From contig JAYWEP010000105.1 in NCBI GenBank assembly GCA_043779205.1, positions 7,231 to 71,230 on the forward strand: DNA of 64,000 bases, written 5' to 3'. The translations under genes and the position numbers were made by a program. The DNA comes from Chthoniobacter sp. (lineage in GTDB: Bacteria > Verrucomicrobiota > Verrucomicrobiia > Chthoniobacterales > Chthoniobacteraceae). Below the pieces are notes generated by a model that saw only the letters and a list, made by a program, of their open reading frames with translations, was not told the DNA's origin and ran no database searches. Shown here piece by piece: positions 46,702 through 56,398 of this stretch (the first letter of the stretch is position 1; the number at the start of each line of letters is the position of its first letter).

Positions 46702-46790
46702 TCTCTTCCTCTTCCGCTTCCGCTTCCTCTTCCTCTTAATCTTCCTCCTTCCGATTTGAGGAAGATTAAGAGGAAGAGGAAGAGGAAGAC
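46702..46790. repeat. Hexamer tandem-repeat palindrome, copy 3
   Basis: (CTCTTC/CGCTTC)n TTAATCTTCCTC...GAGGAAGATTAA(GAGGAA)n. Confidence 0.9.
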
Positions 46791-46868
46791 GATGAGTGGC
46801 CGCTCAAGTCAGCACAGGCATTGACCCCGCACCCTTCCTGCTCCACAAGGGGCGTGACTTTCTCCGGA

Positions 46869-49289
46869 ATGAAATACTGGACCGCTCCCATCCTCCGCTG
46901 CGCCGCCCGGGCGCTGCTGGCGGTCCTGCTGGCGGCGGGCGCACTCGGGCAGAATCCTCCGGCTCCCGCACCGGAACCGGCACCGCCGCTGACCATCGCC
47001 GAATTTCTCCAGACCGCCGCGCAGTGGGTGGAAACTCCGGCGCGGGTGCGCGGGACGATCACGGGTTTTTGGGGCGACGCCTTTTTCCTCGAAGGCCAGT
47101 CCGGCGCGATGTTCGTCGCCAATTACAACCGCAAGGACAGCCTCCGCATCGGCGACGCCGTGGAAGTCACGGGCACCGCGATCCTCGGCGGCATGAGCGC
47201 GGGCCTGCGCCTGCAGGAGGTGCGCGTCCTCGGCCCCGGCGCGCAGCCCACCGCCAGACGGCTGACCGCCGCCGCGGCTCTCGACGGAAAAAACGACGCG
47301 CACCTCGTCCGCGTGAGCGGGCGCGTGGCCAACGCCGAAAGCCCGTTCGGCGCGGACCGCTCCGTCCTCCTGCACGCCGACGGCATCGACTTCACCGCCG
47401 AATTCATCGGCGAACCCGACGGCCGCCAGTGGCCCGCGCTCCTGCCCGGCGAACTCGTCGAGGTCTCCGCCATCCTCTCCGTGCGCGGCCTGCACGACAG
47501 CAGCCCCGTCCCCTTTCGCCTCCTCCTCCGCTCCCACCGCGACCTCACCATCACCGGCCCGCAGCCGTGGTGGATGCCGCCGCGCCTTTACCGCATGCTC
47601 GCCATCGCCGCGCTCCTCCTCGGCGCCGCCGTGGTCTGGGGGCTCGCGCTCCGCCGGCAGGTCCGCGCGCAGGCGGAAAAAATCCGCACCCGCCTCGAGC
47701 GCGAGCGCGCCGTGGAAGAGCGTTACCGCGAGATTTTCGACAACGCCGCCGACCTCATCCTGACCCACGATCTCGCGGGCACCATCACCTCCTTCAATCC
47801 CGCCGGCGAGCGCCTCCTCGGCTGGCCCGCCGGGGAAATCACCGGCCGCAACATCGCCGACATCCTCGCCCGCGACGAACGCGACACCACCGGCGGCCTC
47901 ACCGCCCCCGCGCCCACGCTCCAGGCCGAAAACGGCGTCCTCTTTCAGCTCGATCTCCTCGCCCGTGACGGCCGCTGCATCCCCGTGGAAGTCAGCTCCT
48001 GGACCGCCTTTCAGGACGGCCAGCCCATTGGCCGCCAGGCCATCTGCCGCGACCTCACCGAGCGCCTTCGCGACCAGGCCGAGCGCACCCGGCTCGACCA
48101 CAAAATCCAGGAAAGCCAGAAGCTCGAAAGCCTCGGCGTCCTCGCCGGCGGCGTAGCCCACGATTTCAACAACCTCCTCACCACCATCCTCGGCAACGCC
48201 AGCCTCGCCCAGATGGACTCCCCGGCCAACGCCCCCGCGCAGCCCTGCCTCCAGCAGATCGAAATCGCCGCCGAGCGCGCCGCCGGCCTCTGCCAGCAGA
48301 TGCTCGCCTATTCGGGCCAGGGCCGCTTCGTGGTGAAACGCACCGATCTCTCCGCCCTCATCCGCGAAAGCGCCGGGCTGCTCCGCGCCTCGGTCAACCG
48401 CAAAGCCGTGCTCGATTTGCGCCTCGCCGAGCATCTGCCCGCGACCATCGCCGACGTGACGCAGATGCAGCAGATGCTCATGAGCCTCGTCGTCAACGCG
48501 GGCGAGGCCCTGGGCGAAAACCCCGGCACCATCACCATCGCCACCGGCACCATCCAGGCCACCCGCGCCGACTTCGCCGCCGCCCACCTCGCGCCCGACC
48601 TGCCCGAGGGCGAGTACGTCTTTCTCGAAATCGCCGACACCGGCACCGGCATCAGCCACGAGACCAGGGACAAAATCTTCGACCCGTTTTTCAGCACCAA
48701 ATTCACCGGCCGCGGCCTCGGCCTCGCCGCCGTGCTCGGCATCGTCCGCGGCCATCGCGGCGCGATCCGCGTGACCAGCGAACCCGGCGTCGGCAGCACC
48801 TTCCGCGTGCTCCTGCCCAGCACCGGCACGCCCTCACTCCAGGCCGAGTTTCCCTTCCCTGCCAGTTCCCGCACCGCCCGGCTCATCCTCCTCGTCGATG
48901 ACGAGGAATCCGTCCGCACCGCCATCCGCCGCATGCTCGAAAACCTCGGCTACGAAGTCCTCCTCGCCGCCGACGGCTTCGAGGCCGTCGAGCAAGTCCG
49001 CGAGGCCGGCCCGCGCCTCTCCGCCGTCCTCCTCGACCTGACCATGCCGCGCATGGACGGAGCCGAAGCCTTCCTCGCCATGCGCGCACTCCAGCCCGCC
49101 CTCCGCGTCCTGCTGATGAGCGGTTTCGCCGAGCAGCAGGCGCTCGCCCGCTTCGCCGGCCTGGGCCTCACCGGCTTCCTGCAAAAGCCGTTCAAGCCGG
49201 ACCGCCTTCGCGACCAGCTCACCGCCGCCCTGAGCATCGAAGTTCCCGGTGCGGGCCCGCATGGCGAAAAAATGACAAATGTCGGATGA
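46869..49289 (+). CDS. Hybrid sensor histidine kinase (periplasmic OB-fold-like region, PAS, HisKA, HATPase, REC)
   Basis: GVAHDFNNLL H-box, DTGTGI..FDPFFSTK..GRGLGL, and REC ILLVDDE..VLLDLTMPRMDG. Confidence 0.95.
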   Translation: MKYWTAPILRCAARALLAVLLAAGALGQNPPAPAPEPAPPLTIAEFLQTAAQWVETPARVRGTITGFWGDAFFLEGQSGAMFVANYNRKDSLRIGDAVEVTGTAILGGMSAGLRLQEVRVLGPGAQPTARRLTAAAALDGKNDAHLVRVSGRVANAESPFGADRSVLLHADGIDFTAEFIGEPDGRQWPALLPGELVEVSAILSVRGLHDSSPVPFRLLLRSHRDLTITGPQPWWMPPRLYRMLAIAALLLGAAVVWGLALRRQVRAQAEKIRTRLERERAVEERYREIFDNAADLILTHDLAGTITSFNPAGERLLGWPAGEITGRNIADILARDERDTTGGLTAPAPTLQAENGVLFQLDLLARDGRCIPVEVSSWTAFQDGQPIGRQAICRDLTERLRDQAERTRLDHKIQESQKLESLGVLAGGVAHDFNNLLTTILGNASLAQMDSPANAPAQPCLQQIEIAAERAAGLCQQMLAYSGQGRFVVKRTDLSALIRESAGLLRASVNRKAVLDLRLAEHLPATIADVTQMQQMLMSLVVNAGEALGENPGTITIATGTIQATRADFAAAHLAPDLPEGEYVFLEIADTGTGISHETRDKIFDPFFSTKFTGRGLGLAAVLGIVRGHRGAIRVTSEPGVGSTFRVLLPSTGTPSLQAEFPFPASSRTARLILLVDDEESVRTAIRRMLENLGYEVLLAADGFEAVEQVREAGPRLSAVLLDLTMPRMDGAEAFLAMRALQPALRVLLMSGFAEQQALARFAGLGLTGFLQKPFKPDRLRDQLTAALSIEVPGAGPHGEKMTNVG

Positions 49290-49373
49290 CGAATGACGAG
49301 AGAATGACAAAGCCCGAAATCCAAACGCCGCGCTGAATTCCGTCGTCATTCGTCATTCGTCATTCGTCATTCC
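49271..49373. repeat. Heptamer tandem-repeat palindrome (GAATGAC)n...(GTCATTC)n
   Basis: The left arm overlaps the kinase stop codon; the right arm is cgtcatt x4. Confidence 0.9.
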
Positions 49374-49384
49374 ACATTCCCCTC

Positions 49385-50725
49385 ATGCCCACCGCCGAAG
49401 TCGCCACGCTCCTCGAATTCCTCCGCTTCCCCAGCATCTCCACCGACCCCGAGCGCCGCGCCGATGTCGCCCGCTGCGCCGACTGGCTCGTCGCGCAGCT
49501 CACGCAGAGCGGCTTGAAAGCCACACTGCATCCCACCGCCGGGCACCCCATCGTCGTCGCGCGCAATGTCCACCAGCCGGGCCGCCGCACCGTCATGATC
49601 TACGGCCACTACGACGTGCAGCCCGTCGATCCGCTGGAGCTGTGGGACTCGCCGCCCTTCGAGCCGCGCATTGAAAACGAAGTCGTCTTCGCCCGCGGCG
49701 CGACCGACAACAAAGGCCAGATCCTCGCGCACATCCTCGGCATCGCCGCCACGCTGCGCGAAAAGGGCGACGTGCCCGTGAACCTCATCGTGCTCATCGA
49801 GGGCGAGGAGGAAATCGGCAGCGCGCATCTGGAGGAATTTCTCACCACCCATCGCGACGAACTGCGCTGCGACCTCATCGCCATTTCCGACACCGGCATG
49901 GTCGCGCGCGGCGTGCCCACTTTCACCTACGGCCTGCGCGGCATCGGCGCGCTCGAGATGAAAGTCACCGGCCCCGCCACCGACCTCCACTCCGGCATCT
50001 ACGGCGGCGCGGTCGCCAATCCCGCCACCGCCGTCGCGCGCCTCGTCGCCAGCCTGCACGATGCCGACGGGCGCGTGGCCGTGCCCGGTTTTTACGACGG
50101 CACCGCGCCGCTCGAAAAGTGGGAGCGCGACGCCTGGGCGCGGCTGCCCTTTGGCGATGCCGAGATCCTCGCCGTCACCGGCGCACCCGCGCTTTTTGGC
50201 GAAGCCGGCTACACCAGTCTGGAGCGGACCTGGGCGCGTCCGACCGCCGAGGTGAACGGCATCGGCGGCGGCTTCCAAGGCACCGGCACAAAAACCGTCC
50301 TGCCCCGCGAAGCCTTTGCCAAGCTGACTTTCCGGCTCGTCCCCGGCCAGCAGCCGGATGACGTGATGGCCAAAGTGAAAACGCATCTCCGCGAAAAATG
50401 CCCGCCCGGCGTGCGGCTTGAAATCACCGGCGGCCACGCTGGCGAGCCCTACGTCACCGACCCGAATTCCCCCGGCGGACTCGCCGCGCAGCGCGCCCTG
50501 CGCACGGCCTTTCCCGGCAAAGACGTGGCCCTCATCCGCGAAGGCGGCAGCATCCCCATCGTCAACACCTTCAAAAAAATCCTCGGCGTCGAAAGCCTCC
50601 TCCTCGGCCTCGCCCTGCCCGACTGCCGCGCCCACGCACCCAACGAAAACTTCCCGCTCGAAAACTTCCACGCCGGCATCCGCCTGAACCGCGCGCTGCT
50701 CGCAGAACTCGCGTCGGTCGGGTGA
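49385..50725 (+). CDS. M20/M25/M40 family dipeptidase (ArgE/DapE-like)
   Basis: YGHYDVQP, ARGATDNKG, EGEEEIGS, HAPNENF. Confidence 0.95.
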   Translation: MPTAEVATLLEFLRFPSISTDPERRADVARCADWLVAQLTQSGLKATLHPTAGHPIVVARNVHQPGRRTVMIYGHYDVQPVDPLELWDSPPFEPRIENEVVFARGATDNKGQILAHILGIAATLREKGDVPVNLIVLIEGEEEIGSAHLEEFLTTHRDELRCDLIAISDTGMVARGVPTFTYGLRGIGALEMKVTGPATDLHSGIYGGAVANPATAVARLVASLHDADGRVAVPGFYDGTAPLEKWERDAWARLPFGDAEILAVTGAPALFGEAGYTSLERTWARPTAEVNGIGGGFQGTGTKTVLPREAFAKLTFRLVPGQQPDDVMAKVKTHLREKCPPGVRLEITGGHAGEPYVTDPNSPGGLAAQRALRTAFPGKDVALIREGGSIPIVNTFKKILGVESLLLGLALPDCRAHAPNENFPLENFHAGIRLNRALLAELASVG

Positions 50726-50933
50726 GGGTGTGAAGCCGCCGGCCTTTTCGAGGCGGAACATTTGCCCCAGCCTCGTCAAGGCCGACAAAACCAGCGCCGC
50801 GCAACCGCCACGCTGCGGAACATCGGTGGGCACTCACTTTCCAGCCCGCTCACGCCGCCGATCAAGGCCATTTCTACCGCTTTTACTCACCGCAAAATGG
50901 CAAGGAATTTCTCGCAAGAAAATCTTCACCCAC

Positions 50934-51002
50934 TTGACAGAATTTTCTTTCCACCCACTACAGATTGTGGTTTTATTTGCACCGTAACCCCACATCATGT
51001 GG
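50934..51002 (+). promoter_or_regulatory. nrdJ promoter with tandem putative NrdR boxes
   Basis: TTGACA at 50934. Box 1 ccaCTACAGATTGtgg (50955-50970) and box 2 accCCACATCATGtgg (50987-51002) are 32 nt apart and resemble acaCwAtATaTwGtgt; box 2 is the weaker match. Confidence 0.6.
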
Positions 51003-51104
51003 TTGCTGGTTGCGGGTTCACCGGGAATTCGCCGCCTGCTCACAAGATATTGGGCATCCCCCGAGGAGTTATTCACCAACCGTTCACAAAACCCGCGACC
51101 CGCC

Positions 51105-54100
51105 ATGATTCAATTGAAACCCAACCGCCGCTCCGCCACCCGCGCCACCGTCGCCGACTCCCGTCGGCGTGCCAAAAATGAGGGACTGAAGTTCACCCGC
51201 GTCTTCAGTCAGAAAGCCATCGCCCCGTTCGACGAAATCGAATGGGAGCAGCGCACCGCCGAGATCACCGACGATTCGGGCAAGGCGATCTTCAAGCAGG
51301 AGAACATCGAGGTGCCGAAATCGTGGAGCGCCCTCGCCACGAAAATCGCCGTCTCGAAATACTTCTATGGCGACATTTCGCGCGGCAACGATCCCTACAA
51401 AGGCGGCCGCGAGCGCAGCGTGAAACAGCTCGTCCACCGCGTCACCCGCACGATCACCGACTGCGGCATCAAGGACGGCTACTTCACCGACCCGGAAAGC
51501 GCGGAGGTTTTCTACAACGAACTCACCTGGCTCTGCGTGAACCAATACGGCGCCTTTAACTCGCCGGTCTGGTTTAACGTCGGCCTCTGGCACCAGTACA
51601 AGGTCGGCACCGGCCGCGGCGAAGGGAACTACTACTACAACCACAAGACCGGCCAGGCCGAGCGCGCCAAGACCCAGTACGAATACCCGCAGGGCAGCGC
51701 CTGCTTTATCCAGTCCGTCGAGGACACCATGGAGGACATCATGCGCCTCGCGCTCAGCGAAGCCATGCTCTTTAAGTATGGCTCCGGCACCGGCAGCGAT
51801 CTTTCCACCCTCCGCAGCACCCGCGAGAAACTCAGCGGCGGCGGCAAGCCCAGCGGCCCCCTTAGCTTCCTCAAGGTCTATGACCAGGTCGCGAATGTCG
51901 TGAAGTCCGGCGGCAAAACCCGCCGCGCCGCGAAGATGAACACGCTCAAGGACTGGCACCCCGACATCGAAGAGTTCATTGAGGCGAAATCCAAGGAGGA
52001 GAAAAAGGCGTGGGCACTCATCGAGCAGGGTTATGACGGCAGCTACAACGGCGACGCCTATGGCTCGATCATGTATCAGAACGAGAACCTCTCCGTGCGC
52101 GTCAGCGATGAGTTCATGAACGCCGCCGTCGAAGGCAAGGAATGGTGGACCAAGCGCGTGACCGACGGCCAGCCCTGCGAGAAAAAGGACGCCGCCACCC
52201 TTCTGCGCAAGATCGCCGAAGGCACCCATCTCTGCGGCGACCCCGGCATCCAGTTCGACACCACCATCGACCAATGGCACACCTGCAAAGGCACCGCCCG
52301 GCAGAACTCCACCAATCCATGCAGCGAATATCTCTTCCTCGATAACACCGCCTGCAACCTCGCCTCGCTGAATCTGCTCAAATTCAAGAAGGCTGACGGT
52401 GAGTTCGACATCGAGCGTTTCAAAGCCGCCGTCCGCATCTTCATCACGGCGCAGGAGATCATCGTCGATAACGCCAGCTATCCGATCAAATCCATCGCCG
52501 AAAACTCGCATATCTTCCGCACCCTGGGTCTTGGCTTCGCGAACCTTGGAGCACTCATCATGAGCTACGGCCTCGGCTATGACACTGATGAAGGTCGCGC
52601 GCTTGCCGGAGCCATTACCAGCATCATGACCGGCCACGCCTATGAGCAGTCCGCGAAGATGGCGAAAGGCATGGGAGCTTTCCCCGGCTACAAAGACACT
52701 CGCTGCAGCGGCGTGGCTAAGACCGTTGCCAAGACCAACGAGCCCTGCATGCTCGAAGTCATCGAACTGCATCGCTCCCACGTTGCCAATATCCAGGACA
52801 GCGACCGCTTCGGCTTTCTCAAGGACGAAGCCCAGAAGTGCTGGGACGGCGCGCTCGCGCTTGGAAAGAAGCACGGCTACCGCAACGCCCAGGTCACCGT
52901 CCTCGCCCCCACCGGCACCATCGGCTTCCTCATGGACTGCGACACCACCGGCATCGAGCCCGACATCGCGCTCGTGAAGTACAAGCTGCTCGCCGGCGGC
53001 GGCATGTTAAAGATCGTCAACCAGACGGTGAAGCCCGCTCTGATTAACCTCGGCTACAGCTTCTCCGAGATCGAAAAGATCATCGCTCACATCGACAAGT
53101 TCGACACCATCGAAGACGTCACCGAGGACGACGGCACCACCATCTCCAGCGGCTTGAAGCCCGAGCACCTCACCGTCTTCGATTGCGCCTTCAAAGCGCA
53201 CCGCGGCACCCGCTCGCTCCACTTCCGCGGCCACATCCGTATGATGGCCGCCGCGCAGCCCTTCCTCAGCGGTGCGATCTCCAAGACCGTCAACCTGCCC
53301 AAAGACGCAACCGTCGATGACATCGTCAACACCTACGTCGAAGGCTGGAAGCTCGGCCTCAAGGCCATCGCCATCTACCGCGATGGATCGAAGCGCAGCG
53401 CCCCGCTCAATGTTAAAAAGACCTCCGACATGGGTGGCAAAATCGAAGCCGCCATCTCCGACCTTGACGGCGTTCTCAACGACCGGGCGCTGCTCCAGAC
53501 CCGCATCAGCGACCTCGAAAGCGAGATCGGCGACCTCCGCGGAAAAGTCGGCCAGCCCGTCCGCCGCCGCATGCCCGACACCCGCGTCGCCATGAACCAC
53601 AAGTTCGAAATCGCCGGCCACAAAGGCTACCTCACCGTTGGCATGTTTGAGGACGGCCAGCCCGGCGAAATCTTCATCCAGATGAATAAGGAAGGCAGCA
53701 CCCTCGGCGGCCTCATGGACACCGTCGCCACCCTCACCAGCATCTCGCTCCAGTACGGCGTGCCGCTTGAGTCATTGGTGAAAAAGTTCGCCTACCAGCG
53801 TTTCGAGCCGTCGGGCTTTACTAAGAACCCCGACATCCGCAACGCCACGAGCATCACCGACTACATCTTCCGCTGGCTCGGTTGTCAGTTCATCAAAGGC
53901 TACAAGGAAGCCACGTCGCCCAATAAGTCACAAGCCGACCTGCCCATGAAAGAACTCGCGCAGATCGACAAAGCCGCGGTCAACCGTCCCGTCGCCGACC
54001 TCCAGCGCGAAACGACCGGCATTATCGACGTTATCTCCCAAAAGAACGGCAGCGAAGGTCACCCGCACATCCACATCAGCGGCGATACCCACGCCGAGCG

Positions 54101-54227
54101 CGTCCAGATCGCCCTTGGCAATATGTATATGGACATCACCTGCTCGCACTGCGGCTCCAGCAAAGTCATCCGCGCCGGCGCCTGCGGCTGCTGCACGGAA
54201 TGCGGCACCAGCCAGGGCTGCAGCTAG
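51105..54227 (+). CDS. nrdJ: Vitamin B12-dependent (class II) ribonucleotide reductase with C-terminal TSCPD and Zn-ribbon
   Basis: AFNSPVWFN, SACFIQSVED, GSGTG, STNPCSEY, CNLASLN, VLAPTGTI, SGAISKTVN. Start taken at MIQLKP. Confidence 0.96.
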   Translation: MIQLKPNRRSATRATVADSRRRAKNEGLKFTRVFSQKAIAPFDEIEWEQRTAEITDDSGKAIFKQENIEVPKSWSALATKIAVSKYFYGDISRGNDPYKGGRERSVKQLVHRVTRTITDCGIKDGYFTDPESAEVFYNELTWLCVNQYGAFNSPVWFNVGLWHQYKVGTGRGEGNYYYNHKTGQAERAKTQYEYPQGSACFIQSVEDTMEDIMRLALSEAMLFKYGSGTGSDLSTLRSTREKLSGGGKPSGPLSFLKVYDQVANVVKSGGKTRRAAKMNTLKDWHPDIEEFIEAKSKEEKKAWALIEQGYDGSYNGDAYGSIMYQNENLSVRVSDEFMNAAVEGKEWWTKRVTDGQPCEKKDAATLLRKIAEGTHLCGDPGIQFDTTIDQWHTCKGTARQNSTNPCSEYLFLDNTACNLASLNLLKFKKADGEFDIERFKAAVRIFITAQEIIVDNASYPIKSIAENSHIFRTLGLGFANLGALIMSYGLGYDTDEGRALAGAITSIMTGHAYEQSAKMAKGMGAFPGYKDTRCSGVAKTVAKTNEPCMLEVIELHRSHVANIQDSDRFGFLKDEAQKCWDGALALGKKHGYRNAQVTVLAPTGTIGFLMDCDTTGIEPDIALVKYKLLAGGGMLKIVNQTVKPALINLGYSFSEIEKIIAHIDKFDTIEDVTEDDGTTISSGLKPEHLTVFDCAFKAHRGTRSLHFRGHIRMMAAAQPFLSGAISKTVNLPKDATVDDIVNTYVEGWKLGLKAIAIYRDGSKRSAPLNVKKTSDMGGKIEAAISDLDGVLNDRALLQTRISDLESEIGDLRGKVGQPVRRRMPDTRVAMNHKFEIAGHKGYLTVGMFEDGQPGEIFIQMNKEGSTLGGLMDTVATLTSISLQYGVPLESLVKKFAYQRFEPSGFTKNPDIRNATSITDYIFRWLGCQFIKGYKEATSPNKSQADLPMKELAQIDKAAVNRPVADLQRETTGIIDVISQKNGSEGHPHIHISGDTHAERVQIALGNMYMDITCSHCGSSKVIRAGACGCCTECGTSQGCS

Positions 54228-54448
54228 TCATCAATCACTAACATGCCCGAACCCACCAAAGACGAGCCGCCCCGCGACACCGCCAGCGGCCCCGTCCTCG
54301 CTGACTGACCAATTTGGCGGCGCAAGTCGCCTCAACCAAGGACCGCCCGGTCATCGGAAGCCTCCGCGCCTCCGGTGGCCGGGCGTCTCCGTTTGTTCCG
54401 TGCTGCGCCGCTATAATCGCGGCGGTCAACTAGCGGGAGGATACCCTG

Positions 54449-55465
54449 CTACACGGATCTTCCTGCACGGAAAAAAATCAAGCCAAGCCAGTGAAAGTCC
54501 CCCTCCGCGCGTTGCGGATCGCCTTCCGTCCGCAAGAAGGCGATCGCTTCGACAACCTCATCCGCACTCAACTCGAACCATTCGCCGCGAATGCGAAGAT
54601 GGCTGAATCGAGCATGAAGGGCTTTTTCATGTTCTTCCTCAGCAGGAACGGCGAACCGGAGAATAATCTCCGGCACTTCGGACTGAAGTGTTCGTTCGCG
54701 CTTCCCTGGCGTCCTACTATGACCTATCTTGAAAACCCCGTTGCGCGTGTCTTCCATGATATAGACAAACGTGGTGAAGCGGCTGCGGCGCAGCTTCTCG
54801 GCAAGCGCGTTAGCATGAGTTTCTTCCGCCTCTCTCGCAGCTTCTTCCTGTCGGCTTGCCTTTTGAATCTTCACAGCATCCAACCGGCTTTCCACGAATG
54901 ATGTCTTGCGAAAGACCGCGAACTTTGTCGGGCCATGCTCTACGAAGGTATGTTCCGATGATGCGCGATAGGATTTCGCAAGGTTCCAATCTTCAACTGT
55001 TCCCGGAACCCAAGCCTCAGCGCATTCCGCAATCGCAAAGTGCTGACCGAGTTCTAGCAAGCGATGAAAGTCCATATAAACCCACGGCGGCATCTTCGTG
55101 TCTATCATCAGGCGTCCAAGCGCGTGATGCACGCGCAGCTTATCTGGCCAGGTCACCTTACCGAGCAGTGGCTCCAAATCTTCCGAAACGAATTTGGTGT
55201 CGTAAGCCACGCCCAAGTCGGGATGGCTCATACGCTGATACAGGTATTCTACTGCTGCAGTCGCCGAGGCGGCTTGGATCGCGGAAATAACTGCTTCTAC
55301 GTCCGCCGCGAAAAATTCAGCGAAATCTAAATACTTCACCGTTCCCGGCCCGAGCGTGACGGTGTAGCTACCATCATCATACCCAAATTTTTTGTCCCGT
55401 AGGAGTGATTTAGTGGGCCATGCGCGAACAGTGTCGTAACGAAGGCGGGCGGGGCTTTGATACAT
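54449..55465 (-). CDS. Protein with C-terminal T5orf172/MUG113-like GIY-YIG nuclease domain
   Basis: FVYIMEDTRNGVFKIGHSRTP..RERTLQ..EKALHARF..RIRGEWFEL. N-terminal ~200 aa unassigned; start uncertain. Confidence 0.75.
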   Translation of the reverse strand: MYQSPARLRYDTVRAWPTKSLLRDKKFGYDDGSYTVTLGPGTVKYLDFAEFFAADVEAVISAIQAASATAAVEYLYQRMSHPDLGVAYDTKFVSEDLEPLLGKVTWPDKLRVHHALGRLMIDTKMPPWVYMDFHRLLELGQHFAIAECAEAWVPGTVEDWNLAKSYRASSEHTFVEHGPTKFAVFRKTSFVESRLDAVKIQKASRQEEAAREAEETHANALAEKLRRSRFTTFVYIMEDTRNGVFKIGHSRTPGKRERTLQSEVPEIILRFAVPAEEEHEKALHARFSHLRIRGEWFELSADEVVEAIAFLRTEGDPQRAEGDFHWLGLIFFRAGRSV

Positions 55466-55480
55466 GGAAGCAGGAGATGA

Positions 55481-56245
55481 TTACTTTGAGCGAACGGGGA
55501 CAACGAATAGCTCAAAGAAGGGTGGGCCGATGCGCGACTCCAAATCTTTCCGTAGTCCTTCTGGGTTGCGAACGCGTTCATCGGGGTCGTAGGTCAGGCA
55601 GATGAGGTGCCGGCATTCTTGCATGACACCATAGCGCGCAAGGTCTTCAATAAGCTCAGAACCAAGCTGTTTGTCCGCAAGCCCGCGTCGCGTCATCTTG
55701 GTTTCCAAAACGATGTCGTATCCTTTCAGCAGGAAATCCGTGCGCGATGCTTTACCGGCATAGCTGGGCGTCCATTCCTCCGGTCGGATGTCATCGAAAT
55801 GCAAAGCCAGCAGAGCGTGGAGTGCATCTTGCACATCATATTCGTTTTCGATGTCGAGTGTTGGTCGGCCATCGTGACGCTCGCGGAGCTGGCGAGCAAA
55901 CATGTGGAAGCGTCGGCAAATGCGCCGCACGACGATTAGCGCTTCCGCCGTATCGCCGGGGCAACCGCTCTCCGCTCGGCGTTTTTCAGCGATAGTCCAC
56001 GGAAAAACTTGGCCGCACTTCCCACATGCGCCCGGCTTGTCCGGCGGATTCACCGGTTCATCAGTGGCGAAGTAGAGCGGGCTGTTAAACCTCTCTCCAA
56101 GCTTCTCACCACACTTTGCGCACTTTCGGTAGAATACCGCGCCACAAATCGCGCAAAAGCCCTCTGTGATTTGCTCGTCCGAATAGACGAAATGGCCCCG
56201 CTCGCAGTAGTGATAATGCAGAAGCATGTAGCCATCTCTCAACAT
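55481..56245 (-). CDS. Zn-ribbon (DUF2321-like) fused to a DpnII/MboI-like PD-(D/E)xK restriction endonuclease domain
   Basis: CERGH..CAICG..CAKCG..CGKCGQVFPWT, then ENEYDVQDALHALL..DIRPEEWTPSYAGKASRTDFLL..VLETK. Confidence 0.8.
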   Translation of the reverse strand: MLRDGYMLLHYHYCERGHFVYSDEQITEGFCAICGAVFYRKCAKCGEKLGERFNSPLYFATDEPVNPPDKPGACGKCGQVFPWTIAEKRRAESGCPGDTAEALIVVRRICRRFHMFARQLRERHDGRPTLDIENEYDVQDALHALLALHFDDIRPEEWTPSYAGKASRTDFLLKGYDIVLETKMTRRGLADKQLGSELIEDLARYGVMQECRHLICLTYDPDERVRNPEGLRKDLESRIGPPFFELFVVPVRSK

Positions 56246-56398
56246 GGCGTAGATATGGCAAGCGTCGCCATGCGCGTCAGTCCAAAATCACCCTCGTTGC
56301 AAAGTTAAGGATTTCGTCACGCCGTTTTTGCGCGGAGAGCCAGTGCGCCGGCGCGTGGCAATTGCCCCACGACAGTACGTCACCAAGGCACGCCCGTT

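Noticed and set aside
51105-54227. Intein or intron in the large nrdJ
   Set aside because: No C/S...HN intein ends or homing-endonuclease motifs; the extra length is explained by the coiled-coil, TSCPD and Zn-ribbon tail.
54243-54308. 21-aa ORF MPEPTKDEPPRDTASGPVLAD after nrdJ
   Set aside because: Too short to support; it could be a gene stump but has no recognisable motif.
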